Positions 35,481-45,896 of a stretch of 46,665 nucleotides of DNA are shown here, piece by piece. Position numbers and translations under genes: made by a program. The DNA is taken from IMG/VR virus record IMGVR_UViG_3300022173_000056, positions 1 through 46,665 of that record; one strand, 5' to 3'. The DNA comes from a virus. Taxonomy: Duplodnaviria; Caudoviricetes. Numbering within the stretch: position 1 is the stretch's first letter; the number at the start of each line of letters is the position of its first letter. A model generated the notes under the pieces. That model did no database searches. It was given only the letters and a program-made list of their open reading frames with translations, and was not told where the DNA came from.

Positions 35481-35510
35481 TTGACTTTATTCCTAGCGAT
35501 AGGATAATAT
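35481..35510 (+). promoter_or_regulatory. Putative sigma70 promoter for the capsid gene
   Basis: TTGACT followed 16-18 bp later by GATAAT/TAATAT. Confidence 0.45.
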
Positions 35511-35550
35511 GCAACATCGAGTTTCAACCCTTAAGAGGTAAACAAAAACT

Positions 35551-36474
35551 ATGTCTTGGAAATATGACGCCCCCACCGGCACCTATCGCAACTTCACGCT
35601 GAGCAATGAGCTTCGGCGCGAGAGCTTGCAGGATACGCAGTTCATGAAGTTTGCTCGTGCAGAACCGGGCTTCGGTAAGCAGAAGGGTGAAAGCGTTACG
35701 ATCACTCGTATTCTGCAGTTGCCGCTTGCGGGTCGCGTCGGAGAGACTGATCGGCTTCCGTCTGGCCGCCCCTCCATCGAAACCAAGCAGGTTTCTGTCA
35801 GCCAGTGGGGTTTCAAAATCCCCATGACTGAGTTCGAACAGAACCTCGGCAAGTTTAACATCATGAACCCGTTTCAGGCATCGCTCCGCGATCAGATCAC
35901 TCTGACCATGGACAAGATGGTTGCCGATGCGTTCAAGCTTACTCCCGTCAAGTATGTCTCTACTGCCACTGGCGGCACCTTCTCAACGAACGGTACTCCT
36001 GCTGCGACTTCGGATCGCAACCTTGGTGTGCAGGACCTTCGCCGCATCTATGATCGTCTGTCTGACGATTTGAAAGTGCCGAAGTATCGTAACGGCAAGT
36101 ACGTTGGTATTCTCTCCACGAAAGCTGCTCGCGGTCTTAAGAATGACCCTGAGTATAAGGACTGGATTGCACCGACCTCTTCCGAGCCGCTTATGTCCGG
36201 TCGCTTGAAGGATATCGAAGGCTTTGCGCTCTTCGAAAGCAACCATCACAACGCGCTGTCTCAGCTCGCTGGTACTTCCACCACCACCGGTGAAGCGGTG
36301 TTCTTCGGTGCCGATAGTGCTGGTCTCGTTCGCATTCAGGACCCTGAAATTCGTGCTGGTCAGCCCGAAGAGCTGGGTACTTTCCGTGAAGTTGGCTGGG
36401 TAGGCACCATTGAAGCGTTCCTTGTTTGGGAGCGTCCGTCACTGGCTCGCGTTATTCACCTTAGCTCCACGTAA
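35551..36474 (+). CDS. Major capsid protein
   Basis: 307 aa after the scaffold; GESVTI, V.QWG, G..EGF..FES pattern of HK97-fold podovirus capsids; GAGGT RBS. Confidence 0.85.
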   Translation: MSWKYDAPTGTYRNFTLSNELRRESLQDTQFMKFARAEPGFGKQKGESVTITRILQLPLAGRVGETDRLPSGRPSIETKQVSVSQWGFKIPMTEFEQNLGKFNIMNPFQASLRDQITLTMDKMVADAFKLTPVKYVSTATGGTFSTNGTPAATSDRNLGVQDLRRIYDRLSDDLKVPKYRNGKYVGILSTKAARGLKNDPEYKDWIAPTSSEPLMSGRLKDIEGFALFESNHHNALSQLAGTSTTTGEAVFFGADSAGLVRIQDPEIRAGQPEELGTFREVGWVGTIEAFLVWERPSLARVIHLSST

Positions 36475-36482
36475 TAGGAGAA

Positions 36483-37025
36483 ATGTCAATGCACCAGTTT
36501 CTTAAAGACGCCGCTGTAGTCTCGACCACCCCGATCAGTTCTTCGGGTACGCCGGGTGTTGTGGTGTTCACCGCTACCGTTGCGGACGTGAAGTTTATCT
36601 TCACTCCCGCTCGACCCATCGATGTTATCCGCTGGGGTGTCATCTTCACCGTTGCCAAGGATGCTTCGTCCATGGCACTTACCCTGTCACGGCGACCCAT
36701 TGCGGGCCTCGCTGCGAATAAGGTGGTGATCTCGACGCTGACTGATACTGCCGCTCGCGCTGCGGGTACGGTTATCTATCAGGAACCCGGCTCACTCACT
36801 ACTGCCGCTGCTACTCAGTCCACCGCCGAAGATGGCTCTCTGCGAAACGTAGACCCGGTTGGGCCTTACCATGTCGCAATGGGTCAGGAACTCAGCGTTG
36901 AGCTGACTGACGTGGCTGACAGTTCTGGACAGGGCTACATCTTCATCGAGTATCAGGAATATCCGTTCAATGCTGCGGATGTTGGTGCTGCTACTGCTGC
37001 AGTGAAGATCGCTGCTTCCACGTAA
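36483..37025 (+). CDS. Putative capsid decoration / structural protein
   Basis: Ala/Thr/Val-rich; directly after the major capsid gene. Confidence 0.55.
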   Translation: MSMHQFLKDAAVVSTTPISSSGTPGVVVFTATVADVKFIFTPARPIDVIRWGVIFTVAKDASSMALTLSRRPIAGLAANKVVISTLTDTAARAAGTVIYQEPGSLTTAAATQSTAEDGSLRNVDPVGPYHVAMGQELSVELTDVADSSGQGYIFIEYQEYPFNAADVGAATAAVKIAAST

Positions 37026-37034
37026 GGAGTAACA

Positions 37035-37376
37035 ATGTCACTCTTCAACTCGTTTGATCGCTATCGCCATCTGGACGAATTGAATGAGCCGCTCGAAACT
37101 CAGGGCTCCGGGGTTCTTACCCCGGCAGCTCGTCGGGCTCTCATGCAAGCTAATCTAGTTGGTGCCTCGTATGATGCTACGGCAATCGTACAGGGCAAAG
37201 CTTCACCGGCAATCGGTGATAAGCTCGTCGTCGTCCCTACTGTTGCCTCGGGCGGCGTTCTCGCTGTGCATGTGACTGATGCTATGACCCACTCGGTTCG
37301 TATCAAGTCGCTTGCTGGCACTGTCTACTATCTCATGGCAACGACCACGATTACCAACCGAACTGGTGGAGCGTAA
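37035..37376 (+). CDS. Putative structural protein
   Basis: AAGGAG RBS; structural block. Confidence 0.55.
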   Translation: MSLFNSFDRYRHLDELNEPLETQGSGVLTPAARRALMQANLVGASYDATAIVQGKASPAIGDKLVVVPTVASGGVLAVHVTDAMTHSVRIKSLAGTVYYLMATTTITNRTGGA

Positions 37377-37377
37377 T

Positions 37378-37761
37378 ATGCAGGTTACGAAGGAGCTAAT
37401 CGATCAGGATATCAAGGGCATGGAAGCCCAGCAGAAGTCATTGGAGGTCTCGCTAGCTCAAACTAGCGGGGCCTTAACTACTCTGCGAGCAATTCGAGAT
37501 TTTCTGGATCGCCCTGAGCCGGAAGTCGCGAAGAAAGCAGAAGTGGAAGTAGAAGTGGAAGCGGAGGATTATACGAAAATTTCAGATGCGAACCAAGAAG
37601 TGCAGGACCGTGTTGCAGCTCAGCAGGCGGCTCGTGCCGATGCTCTCTCCGAGAGTGAACTTGCCGAACTCGTCGCAGGCTCCGGCGCTGTAGTTGAAGC
37701 AATCGAGCCGCTTAAGGTTGTGAACGCCAGCGGACGTTATGAAGAGAAGGAAGCAGTCTGA
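37378..37761 (+). CDS. Hypothetical coiled-coil acidic protein
   Basis: GGAG RBS; heptad-like N-terminus. Confidence 0.65.
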   Translation: MQVTKELIDQDIKGMEAQQKSLEVSLAQTSGALTTLRAIRDFLDRPEPEVAKKAEVEVEVEAEDYTKISDANQEVQDRVAAQQAARADALSESELAELVAGSGAVVEAIEPLKVVNASGRYEEKEAV

Positions 37762-38228
37762 TGGTAGGTGATCGTGTAATCGACTATGATCGCGGCGTGA
37801 TTATCAACGTGCATCCCGGCACTGGCATGGACGTGTTTATGTACGTGGAACAGCCCGGCCAGTTCATGACTGCGCATGGCACCACAGTCCCCGACCAGAT
37901 CGCTCGTGAAGCGGGTTACGATGTGGACAAGCTCTCGAAAGATCGGCTGCGGATGGAACGTAAGGCACAGGCCAGCGCTCTGATCGACCAAGAACTCAAC
38001 GATGATGCAAGCACAGTCGAGCAGGTTGTGAAGGAAATCGGCGGCTTCTCGATGGTGAGCATCGGACTTGGGCGTTTCAACGTTAAAGACCCTGATGGGA
38101 ATAAGCTCAACGCAAATCCTATGGCAGAAGCCTCGGCTGAGAAGCTGATGAACGCAATGGCTGGCGTTGTGGTTGATCTCGACGCGGAAGCTAACGAGAA
38201 GGTTAAGACTAAGGGCAGCGCCAAGTAA
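37761..38228 (+). CDS. Hypothetical protein
   Basis: TGATG coupling. Confidence 0.7.
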   Translation: MVGDRVIDYDRGVIINVHPGTGMDVFMYVEQPGQFMTAHGTTVPDQIAREAGYDVDKLSKDRLRMERKAQASALIDQELNDDASTVEQVVKEIGGFSMVSIGLGRFNVKDPDGNKLNANPMAEASAEKLMNAMAGVVVDLDAEANEKVKTKGSAK

Positions 38229-38255
38229 TCTGCTTCGTAATACTCAGTTAATCTT

Positions 38256-38286
38256 GGGGGCTAGCTTGTATCGCTGGCCCCCTTTT
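38256..38286 (+). terminator. Rho-independent terminator after the head genes
   Basis: GGGGGCTAGC/GCTGGCCCCC stem followed by TTTT. Confidence 0.8.
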
Positions 38287-38303
38287 GTTAGAATAGGGAC
38301 ATA

Positions 38304-39005
38304 ATGACCACATTTGCAGAACTCCGCACCGACGTACAGAACCTAATCATCGATCTGCCGCCCACAGTGCTTGCGGCGGTGCCTAGTCTCGTGAATGAAG
38401 CGATCCGTAGTATGCAGCGAGCCTATAACTATCGCGCAATGGAGGTTTCCACCTCATTCACGACCACAGTGGGCTCTCTTGCATTGGGCACCATTGCCAA
38501 TTTCAAAGAGTATCGCGACAAAGGCCCGTATATGCTACGGCAGTACGCCAAAGCTCGCAAGCTGCTCACCGTTCTTGATACTGACGTGGATCAAGCGGTG
38601 CTGTCGGACGTACTTTACCCGAAAGAGCCTGAGTTTATCCTCAACTCGGTGAACCAATCGAGTGGTGTGTGGACGTTTACGCTCGCCCCGTACCCGGATG
38701 ACCTCTCGGACTGGAGCGATGGCAACTATCGCATCGTGATCCCGACGTACAACTACACCGCAGCGCTCGTCGCAGACGGCGATAGCAACTGGTTTACGAA
38801 CAATGCCAACGACTACATCGTCTACAAGGCCACGGCTGAGGGATTTGGCCGTGACTGGGACTATGACAGCATGGCGTTGTGGCTGCAGCGAGCGAAAGAG
38901 AAGCTCGACGAGATTAAGAAGGCCGATAAGATGAACCGCTTGTCCTCGGTCGATACACTTGTACCTATGTGGCAAGGAGCCAATCAACCGCAGGTGAGAC
39001 GCTAA
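38304..39005 (+). CDS. Head-tail adaptor (tail tubular A-like)
   Basis: MTTFAELR..VNEAIR, LAPYPD, SNWFT..YKAT pattern. Confidence 0.7.
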   Translation: MTTFAELRTDVQNLIIDLPPTVLAAVPSLVNEAIRSMQRAYNYRAMEVSTSFTTTVGSLALGTIANFKEYRDKGPYMLRQYAKARKLLTVLDTDVDQAVLSDVLYPKEPEFILNSVNQSSGVWTFTLAPYPDDLSDWSDGNYRIVIPTYNYTAALVADGDSNWFTNNANDYIVYKATAEGFGRDWDYDSMALWLQRAKEKLDEIKKADKMNRLSSVDTLVPMWQGANQPQVRR

Positions 39006-39844
39006 TGGCAAGTCCTCCGTTTAATATCAATCAGGCTCTTCCGGGCGATACAGATATCGTCTCGCAGCATCCGGCGAACGCTAGGACGTTCCGCGATGTA
39101 GTCGAGAGCTGGCTGTTGGTCAATCACGATACGAATGGCTATCATTCTCGTGTCGATATCCCGCGCACCGCGTCTCCGACTACGCCAGCAGCGACGACTG
39201 ACGTGCTGTATACGACCACGACTGGTCGGCTCAAGATCAAACATCCTGACGCGACGGAAGAGTACGTCGGGCTTCCGCCCGGTGTGATCGTATTCGGAGC
39301 TGGGGCTCTCGATACTGGCTATCTTGAAGCAGATGGCTCCGCAGTTAGCCGCTCTACCTTCGCTGACCTCTATGCGAAGATCGGCACGACGTATGGTATT
39401 GGCGATGGCGTCACCACGTTCAATCTGCCCGACCTCAAAGGCCGTGTTATCGCTGGTATTGACGCCAGCAGCACTCGACTGAGCACTGCGTACTTCGGCA
39501 CAACGCCGATTATGGCTGCGACCGGTGGTTTCGAAGCGTTCTCGATTGCTATTCTCAATCTGCCTGCCCATCATCACTCTGTATTCTTAAACGATCCGGG
39601 GCACACTCACACTCTCAACAATGCCAATGGGCTTCTGACCACAAGTGTGTTTGGGTCTACATGGTCTGGTGGTAGTCCCGGCGGAATTGTGACCATCACG
39701 GAAAATAGTGCAACGACCGGCATTACTGTTCGTGATACAGCAGGCGGCGCTGGTACTGCAAACCAAACCGCAGATACTGGCGGCGCTACGCCGATCCCTC
39801 GTACACAGCCGACCATCATTCAGCGCGCAATGATTAAGTATTGA
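39005..39844 (+). CDS. Tail collar domain fibre protein
   Basis: GYLEADGSAVSRSTFADLYAKIGTTYG.GDG.TTFNLPDLKGR; LPAHHH, DPGHTH. Confidence 0.85.
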   Translation: MASPPFNINQALPGDTDIVSQHPANARTFRDVVESWLLVNHDTNGYHSRVDIPRTASPTTPAATTDVLYTTTTGRLKIKHPDATEEYVGLPPGVIVFGAGALDTGYLEADGSAVSRSTFADLYAKIGTTYGIGDGVTTFNLPDLKGRVIAGIDASSTRLSTAYFGTTPIMAATGGFEAFSIAILNLPAHHHSVFLNDPGHTHTLNNANGLLTTSVFGSTWSGGSPGGIVTITENSATTGITVRDTAGGAGTANQTADTGGATPIPRTQPTIIQRAMIKY

Positions 39845-39848
39845 TCCT

Positions 39849-41660
39849 ATGGCAAGCAAGAAATCTACAGCGGTAGTCCTCCCGAACCTCGGTATCTACT
39901 ATGACCGGGGACGGCTGGCGCTTAACCCTCGTATGCTTGCTGATGGAAATAACTTTCGTGTTAAGCTTGGTACGCTTACAAACCTCAATATGGGCTGGAC
40001 CCGTTTCGGCAGTTTCCAGCTTAATGGCCCGGTGACACTGATCCGCAACTTCTTGAAACGAGATGCGACGGAACAACTCGTGTTTGCTTCGCTCACCGAT
40101 ATCTATAAGTTCGTGAACGACACTACGGTCACGTATCTCACGCCTCGCTATGAAGTTGGTACTGCGGCTCGGGCTGGCAGCACTGTCACCGGAGCTGGCG
40201 GTGCGAACTTCACCACTGGTGCAATCGCTATCGGCGATGAAATCACCTTCGGCACTGCTGGCGTAGTGAGTACGAGTGCGACGTGGCATCTGATCACTGG
40301 CGTCGGGGGAAGCACCACGCTTACTACGGCCACCTCTGGCACTGTAGTCGCTGGCCCATACACGATCCGTAAGAAATTTACTGGCCGTATCTCCGACGTG
40401 TGGCAGACAGCGGTCTTTGTGAATGCAAGTCCCAGCAACAGCGACGAACTCTGGCTCACGAATGGTGTGGATAACATCGTGCGCTGGAACGGCACTGATA
40501 CGCAGGTAGAGGAGATGTCAGCACTTGGCTTCACGGCGAAGGCGATTGGCGTTTACTCTAACATGATGATCTTCGGCAACCTCGTGCAGAGTGGTACTGC
40601 GAAGCCAACTGATATGATTAACAGCAATCCCGGTGAGCCGCAGAACGTAACGACAGGGCTGAGTGAACAGTTCAAGGTTCATGGTAACGTCGATCCGATC
40701 CTCCGTGTCGAGGTGTTGGGCGATAACCTTGTTTTCTACTCCAACGCTTCGGATGGAGCGATCACGATTGCCCAGTTTGTTGGCGATCCACTCGTATTCG
40801 CATTCCGTCAAATCTCCAAAGGCGTCGGCCCGGTTGCAGCGAAGGCAGTCGCCAACTTCGGTAACTACCACGAGATCATCGCAGCCGACAGTGAGTATTT
40901 CTTCGACGGCGCTACTGTGAAAGCGGTGAACAAGCACGTATGGCGAGAAGCTCTTCGCCAGCAAGACCCGTCTCGTATCTCCTTTACCTACGCACATTTC
41001 GATGAAGAGAACGGCGATCTGATCTGGGTGCTTCCGTCTACCAGCGATCCAAATGCAGCAACAACCGGTGGCCCGAACTCCGCGTTCGTGGAACACTATC
41101 TTGAGGACCCCGGTAACGGACTTCCTTCTCCCTACTCGCGACGAACCTTTCCGTTCACTGCGACAGGCTACTTTAAACGCCAGACTGGCCTAACATGGGA
41201 TCAGCTTACGAACACATGGGACACGTACAACTTCCGCTGGAACGACAGGTTCTTCTTCTCTGCATTTCCGCTTAATGTAGGCGGCGATGATACGGGCAAG
41301 CTCTACACCTTTAACGTATCGCAGGATGCGAATGGTGCAGCTCTTCCCAGCTTCGTCCGTTTCGGTCGTCGTGCAATCGCTGACGGTCGTATGCGTGGAA
41401 TGCTCTCTCGTGTGTATCCGTTCGTGACGCAATTGACTAATCCACTGAACGTTACTGTTCGCATGGCAGATAGCGGCGAAGGTGAGCCAATGATTGTCGA
41501 TACGCAGAGCTTCGATCAGACGCAGCCGGAAGGTGGGCACTTTACCGTCCACTATCGCCGGGGTCGCTTCTACGAAGTACAGTTTGGCTCAGATGGTCCC
41601 GCTCAGCCGTGGATCATCACTGGCTATGACACTGATATCAAACGAGGGGGCCGCAGATGA
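39849..41660 (+). CDS. Tail nozzle / packaged-DNA stabilisation protein
   Basis: 603 aa, beta-rich, after the adaptor; RGRFYEVQF near the C-terminus. Confidence 0.65.
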   Translation: MASKKSTAVVLPNLGIYYDRGRLALNPRMLADGNNFRVKLGTLTNLNMGWTRFGSFQLNGPVTLIRNFLKRDATEQLVFASLTDIYKFVNDTTVTYLTPRYEVGTAARAGSTVTGAGGANFTTGAIAIGDEITFGTAGVVSTSATWHLITGVGGSTTLTTATSGTVVAGPYTIRKKFTGRISDVWQTAVFVNASPSNSDELWLTNGVDNIVRWNGTDTQVEEMSALGFTAKAIGVYSNMMIFGNLVQSGTAKPTDMINSNPGEPQNVTTGLSEQFKVHGNVDPILRVEVLGDNLVFYSNASDGAITIAQFVGDPLVFAFRQISKGVGPVAAKAVANFGNYHEIIAADSEYFFDGATVKAVNKHVWREALRQQDPSRISFTYAHFDEENGDLIWVLPSTSDPNAATTGGPNSAFVEHYLEDPGNGLPSPYSRRTFPFTATGYFKRQTGLTWDQLTNTWDTYNFRWNDRFFFSAFPLNVGGDDTGKLYTFNVSQDANGAALPSFVRFGRRAIADGRMRGMLSRVYPFVTQLTNPLNVTVRMADSGEGEPMIVDTQSFDQTQPEGGHFTVHYRRGRFYEVQFGSDGPAQPWIITGYDTDIKRGGRR

Positions 41661-41812
41661 TCAAGAGTGTTGTGAAGGTCGATGAGGAAGCCGTGAAGGC
41701 ATTCAACGAGGAGCAGAAAGACTGGACGGCGACGTGTAGGGTTTGCGGTGTGAAGCTCATCGGGACATTAGGCGAAATCCGTAAGCATGGAGAATTGTGC
41801 CATGGCAAATAA
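41657..41812 (+). CDS. 51-aa protein with CxxC..H..C motif
   Basis: ATGA coupling; CRVCG..H..C; not in the ORF track. Confidence 0.5.
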   Translation: MIKSVVKVDEEAVKAFNEEQKDWTATCRVCGVKLIGTLGEIRKHGELCHGK

Positions 41813-42137
41813 AGTCAATCGCTCTCCGCTTATTCCGCAGCCGATTAACCTCTCTAACTTCGCTGGCATCTCAGACTGGGCGACGAGTTTAGTGTCGAGT
41901 GTTATCTCCGAACTTCGCGACCATGCTCTGCGTTTAAACACGGCAGGGATGGCGGATGGCAGTGAAGCTGCGGCTGGTCCGGTTGTGTTAAAAACGTATA
42001 CGAAGACAACTCTGCCGAGTGCTGCGACCTACATCAACGGCATGATCATTGTGTCGAACGACGTTGGCGGGCTCACTCCCGCATTCTCTGATGGCACAAA
42101 CTGGCGGCGAACGGCGGATAGGAACATCATCTCGTGA
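41802..42137 (+). CDS. Small tail-associated protein
   Basis: LPSA..G..I.VS..PAFSDGTNWRR motif. Confidence 0.6.
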   Translation: MANKVNRSPLIPQPINLSNFAGISDWATSLVSSVISELRDHALRLNTAGMADGSEAAAGPVVLKTYTKTTLPSAATYINGMIIVSNDVGGLTPAFSDGTNWRRTADRNIIS

Positions 42138-42565
42138 GCATGGACAAAGAGCGGCGGCTACAGCCGAGTGGTTTCTCTGATCTGGGCGTAATCTTTCCAT
42201 ACGGGGTCTCGCACATCATCATGCGCGATCTGGATGATAACTCTCGATGGGCTATCTCGTGGTCTACGGCGGTCGCCAGCTCTGACGGCTACGGCTACAT
42301 CTCCATCACGGACAATCTGCGAATTGCGCACCGGGAAGGCTATGTCGAATACGAGCAGAACTCTGGCCCTCTTTTACATAATGGAGAGTTTATGCTAATC
42401 TTACGCGGCAGAAGGCTTGGTATTGCTGAGGCCCCTCTTCCAATTGGAGAGACACTGGCCACATCAACGAAGCCCTACGCAAAGAACGAGTTTCAACAGC
42501 CCCGTCTGATATACATGCTCGATGACCAACACTATGTCAGATGGACACCCGAGTTTCGCTCATGA
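42134..42565 (+). CDS. Hypothetical protein
   Basis: Coupled to both neighbours in the tail block. Confidence 0.65.
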   Translation: MSMDKERRLQPSGFSDLGVIFPYGVSHIIMRDLDDNSRWAISWSTAVASSDGYGYISITDNLRIAHREGYVEYEQNSGPLLHNGEFMLILRGRRLGIAEAPLPIGETLATSTKPYAKNEFQQPRLIYMLDDQHYVRWTPEFRS

Positions 42566-44340
42566 CTGAATTTCTCTTCGCCCGACTTGATGACGTAGCG
42601 GCCAGCGATGCAATTCTGCAGGCGCAGGTTACTGCGAACACTCTCGCAATTCTGCAGATCAATACAGTCGATCTGCCGGGCAAGCAACCGCTCGATAATA
42701 CGCTGACTGCTCTGGCTGGGCTCGACGCAACCGCTGGTATCGTTGTCGAGACTGCGGCTGACACCTTTGTCAAACGAATTATGGCAGCACCGGCTGCGGG
42801 ACTTTCGATCACAAACCCTGCAGGTACGGCGGGTAACTTCACATTTGCACTGGCAAACGATCTGGCCGCACTAGAAGGACTTGGCTCTACTGGTATCGCG
42901 GTTCGCTCTGCGTCTGATACGTGGGTGCAGCGATCTATCGCTGGTACTGCGAACGAGATCACAGCGACGAATGGTGATGGTGTAGCTGGCAATCCGACGC
43001 TTTCGCTTCCGACTAACCTGACGTTCACTGGTAAAGCGATTACCGGAGGTACGTTCACTAGTCCGACACTCGTAACCCCAGCGCTCGGCACTCCTACTTC
43101 CGGCAATCTTTCGAACACGACGAACTATCCGCTGGCTCAGCTTACCGGAGCGGGCACTGGTGTGCTTACGGCGCTTGCAATTAACATTGGCTCCGCTGGT
43201 GCTGTTGTTCTCTTCAACGGAGCGTTAGGCACTCCCTCGTCTGGTGTTGCAACGAACTTGACCGGTACTGCGTCTGGGCTAACCGCAGGCAACGTGACCA
43301 CGAATGCGAACCTCACTGGCGAAGTGACCAGCGTGGGCAACGCAACAACTGTGACTAACGCTGCGGTGATTGCTAAGGTACTGACTGGCTACGTCTCCGG
43401 AGCTGGTACTATCGCCGCGACCGATACTATCCTCCAAGCGATCCAGAAGCTCAATGGCAATAACGCGACGAATGCGAACTTAACCGGGCCGATTACCTCA
43501 GTCGGTAACGCAACCTCCATCGCTTCGCAGACCGGCACCGGCACTACCTTCGCTATGTCAGTCAGTCCCGCATTTACTGGTACACCAACGTTCGCAGGAC
43601 TGGCAACGTTCAACGCAGGTTTATCTGCTACAAGTACATTTACGCCTTCTTCCGTAGACGGGGCAGCTTTACTCGCTACCGGTTCGTATGGTGGCGGTTT
43701 AACATTTGTAGACGGCGCTAACCGTGGAGCGATCTGGACACAGAGCGGCGACATGGCACTGGGTATTGGCCCCGGTGCTGGTTCTGTTGCGATTAAATTG
43801 TTGCTAGATGATGCTAATGCTCATGCTCTTACGGGCAGTCTTACGATTAGTAGCAATCTCACTGTTACAGGTGGTCAGATTGCCTTTCCGGCAACACAAA
43901 TTCCATCTGCGAATGCGAACACGCTGGACGATTACGAAGAGGGCACGTTTACGCCGACCTTCTCCTTCGTGACGCCGGGCAATCTTGCGCTCACTTATAA
44001 TACGCAGTCGGGGTTCTATACGAAGATCGGACGAGAAGTGTTCTTCGTTATCGACGTTGCTTTGGCTACGTTCACCCACACCACTGCATCAGGCATTGCT
44101 CGTATCTCTGGTCTTCCCTTCACATCTGCAAACAGTGGACAAACGAGCCGTGGTGGATTATTGTGGCAGGGCGTTACGAAAGCTCTCTACACCGATATGG
44201 CCATGTCGATTGCACCTAACACTGCGTACATTCAGCTTCGTCTTTCGGGTTCAGGCCAAGCACCTATCGACGTACAGCACACAGAAATGCCTTCGGGAGG
44301 CACCCCACGGTTTAGCGGCAGTCTGCCGTACCCAACGTAA
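42562..44340 (+). CDS. Tail fibre / receptor-binding protein
   Basis: [13 protein letters not shown], Gly/Thr/Ala repeats ([15 protein letters not shown] x2), [25 protein letters not shown] head. Confidence 0.85.
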   Translation: MTEFLFARLDDVAASDAILQAQVTANTLAILQINTVDLPGKQPLDNTLTALAGLDATAGIVVETAADTFVKRIMAAPAAGLSITNPAGTAGNFTFALANDLAALEGLGSTGIAVRSASDTWVQRSIAGTANEITATNGDGVAGNPTLSLPTNLTFTGKAITGGTFTSPTLVTPALGTPTSGNLSNTTNYPLAQLTGAGTGVLTALAINIGSAGAVVLFNGALGTPSSGVATNLTGTASGLTAGNVTTNANLTGEVTSVGNATTVTNAAVIAKVLTGYVSGAGTIAATDTILQAIQKLNGNNATNANLTGPITSVGNATSIASQTGTGTTFAMSVSPAFTGTPTFAGLATFNAGLSATSTFTPSSVDGAALLATGSYGGGLTFVDGANRGAIWTQSGDMALGIGPGAGSVAIKLLLDDANAHALTGSLTISSNLTVTGGQIAFPATQIPSANANTLDDYEEGTFTPTFSFVTPGNLALTYNTQSGFYTKIGREVFFVIDVALATFTHTTASGIARISGLPFTSANSGQTSRGGLLWQGVTKALYTDMAMSIAPNTAYIQLRLSGSGQAPIDVQHTEMPSGGTPRFSGSLPYPT

Positions 44341-44351
44341 GGAGAAAGAAT

Positions 44352-44705
44352 ATGATCGAGAAGAAATCTATCGTTGATCAGATCGAAATCACTCGGGACG
44401 GCTCAATTCAAATCCGCATTGCTTTACTTCTTGTCGAAGATGGTGTAGAGCTTGATAGTAAATGGCATCGTACTCGTGTTGAGCCGGGGGCGAGTGTTGA
44501 AGATCAGATGGCGGCAGTGAACCAGCATCTAGTCTCGATGGGGAAAGCCCCGGTAGATACTGCTGCGCTCCTTCCCGTCAAACGAGTAGCAGCTCTTATT
44601 CAAACGCCTGATGTTGTGCAAGCGTATGTAGAGAAAATGGAGATCGCAGCCAGTGATGAAGCAACTATTTCTACGCGGCCTACGTCCGTTTTTTCCAGCA
44701 AGTGA
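44352..44705 (+). CDS. Tail fibre-associated protein
   Basis: VDQIEI..G.IQIR..EDG.E...WHR pattern; follows the fibre gene. Confidence 0.55.
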   Translation: MIEKKSIVDQIEITRDGSIQIRIALLLVEDGVELDSKWHRTRVEPGASVEDQMAAVNQHLVSMGKAPVDTAALLPVKRVAALIQTPDVVQAYVEKMEIAASDEATISTRPTSVFSSK

Positions 44706-45042
44706 CGCAGCGATCCTCGCAGAAGTCGTCAAACACATTGGCCGGGGCGGCGTTTTCATGGCCTACTCTGCCGGTGCCCCTGTCGGCTTCGCCATTGTCG
44801 CTTGGCCCGAGAATGCGCTAGAAACTCCCCAAGTCCTTCACTTCTACTCAGAAGGTCCTGCAGCTAAGACCCATGAGCTGCGGGGCTATGTCCTTGATGC
44901 GGTGAAGAAAAGGGGATACAATAAGCTCCGTGCAATCAATGGCTCTGGCGCACCTGACGAGGTGTGGACTAGGGCTTTCCGCCATGAGGGCTGGGAGATT
45001 AAACCGGTGAAGACAGTGTTCGAATTTGAGGTAGTGAAATGA
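44653..45042 (+). CDS. GNAT-like virion assembly protein
   Basis: PVGFAIV..L..Y..VKKRGY pattern; position before the internal proteins as in podoviruses. Confidence 0.45.
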   Translation: MMKQLFLRGLRPFFPASDAAILAEVVKHIGRGGVFMAYSAGAPVGFAIVAWPENALETPQVLHFYSEGPAAKTHELRGYVLDAVKKRGYNKLRAINGSGAPDEVWTRAFRHEGWEIKPVKTVFEFEVVK

Positions 45043-45893
45043 CAGACGTACTTAAATCAGTGTTTGGAGGTAGTTCGTCTGAAAGCCAGACCCAATCGAC
45101 CAGCACTCCGATCAACTTTACCGACAAGAACCTGCAGGGCTTGGCCCCAGACCTTGCGGCCTCGCTTAAACAGCTCCTCGGGAGCTACGGACAGCAGACG
45201 ACTAACGCCGGTACTGGCGGAACAGGCACTACTACGCCGCAGGCTGGTGTGACTGGGCAAGAGCAGAGTTTGCTCGACACCCTTAAGACACAGGTTGGCC
45301 CCGGCACGGATAGTGCTGGATACATAAAGGATGTGCTTGGTGGTAAATATTTGCCCGGTCAACCGGGAGCCAATCCGTTTTTCGACGCTGCCGTTCGAGC
45401 TGCACAACGTCCTACACTTGAAGGTCTCACGGAAACTCTCTCTCGCGCTCTGCCCGGTCGCTTCACTGCAAACGGACAACTAATTCAGAGCAACGAAGGT
45501 GGACAGGGCGGTAGCTCTGCGTTCGACCGTGCTGCGGCTATTGCAACTCGTGGTGCGAGTAATGCTGTGGGCGATATCGCGACGAACATGGGCAACACTG
45601 CGTATGGCAGTGAGCGGACCAATCAGAACGTAGCGGCTGGGCTCGATCAGGCTCAGGTCGATCAGACGATTAAAGGCTTGCAGGCTTCGGCTCTGCCTCG
45701 GCTCATTCAACAGAACGGTCTCGATCAGGGACTTGCACTCTTCCAGCAGCAGACTTCGAACCTGCTCGATCTGCTTAAGACCATTGGTGGCATTCAGGCT
45801 CCGAAGATTGCTAACGCTTCGCAAAGCACTGGCACTTCTTCCTCGTCTACCGAGAAGGGTATCGTCCCCGGACTTTTCCCGAAAGGAATTTAA
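45039..45893 (+). CDS. Internal virion/ejection protein
   Basis: FGGSSS..QSTST N-terminus, GKYL..NPFF, Gln/Ala/Gly-rich. Confidence 0.7.
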   Translation: MTDVLKSVFGGSSSESQTQSTSTPINFTDKNLQGLAPDLAASLKQLLGSYGQQTTNAGTGGTGTTTPQAGVTGQEQSLLDTLKTQVGPGTDSAGYIKDVLGGKYLPGQPGANPFFDAAVRAAQRPTLEGLTETLSRALPGRFTANGQLIQSNEGGQGGSSAFDRAAAIATRGASNAVGDIATNMGNTAYGSERTNQNVAAGLDQAQVDQTIKGLQASALPRLIQQNGLDQGLALFQQQTSNLLDLLKTIGGIQAPKIANASQSTGTSSSSTEKGIVPGLFPKGI

Positions 45894-45896
45894 GCT

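Larger units (their letters stand above)
4909..41941. repeat. Dispersed 12-bp palindrome KYGTTTAAACRM, 23 copies
   Basis: GTTTAAAC core at 4911, 5230, 10183, 11882, 14321, 16164, 17531, 19360, 19796, 20418, 21584, 22487, 22701, 23139, 23525, 23920, 24252, 24725, 25756, 25835, 26822, 27423, 41932 (manual count). Confidence 0.9.

Noticed and set aside
4909-41941. PmeI sites as cloning or engineering scars
   Set aside because: The degenerate symmetric flanks and in-frame embedding in 15 genes argue for natural selection
42700-43520. Repeats in the tail fibre as a diversity-generating retroelement
   Set aside because: They are ordinary protein-level fibre repeats; no reverse transcriptase or adenine-specific TR/VR pair
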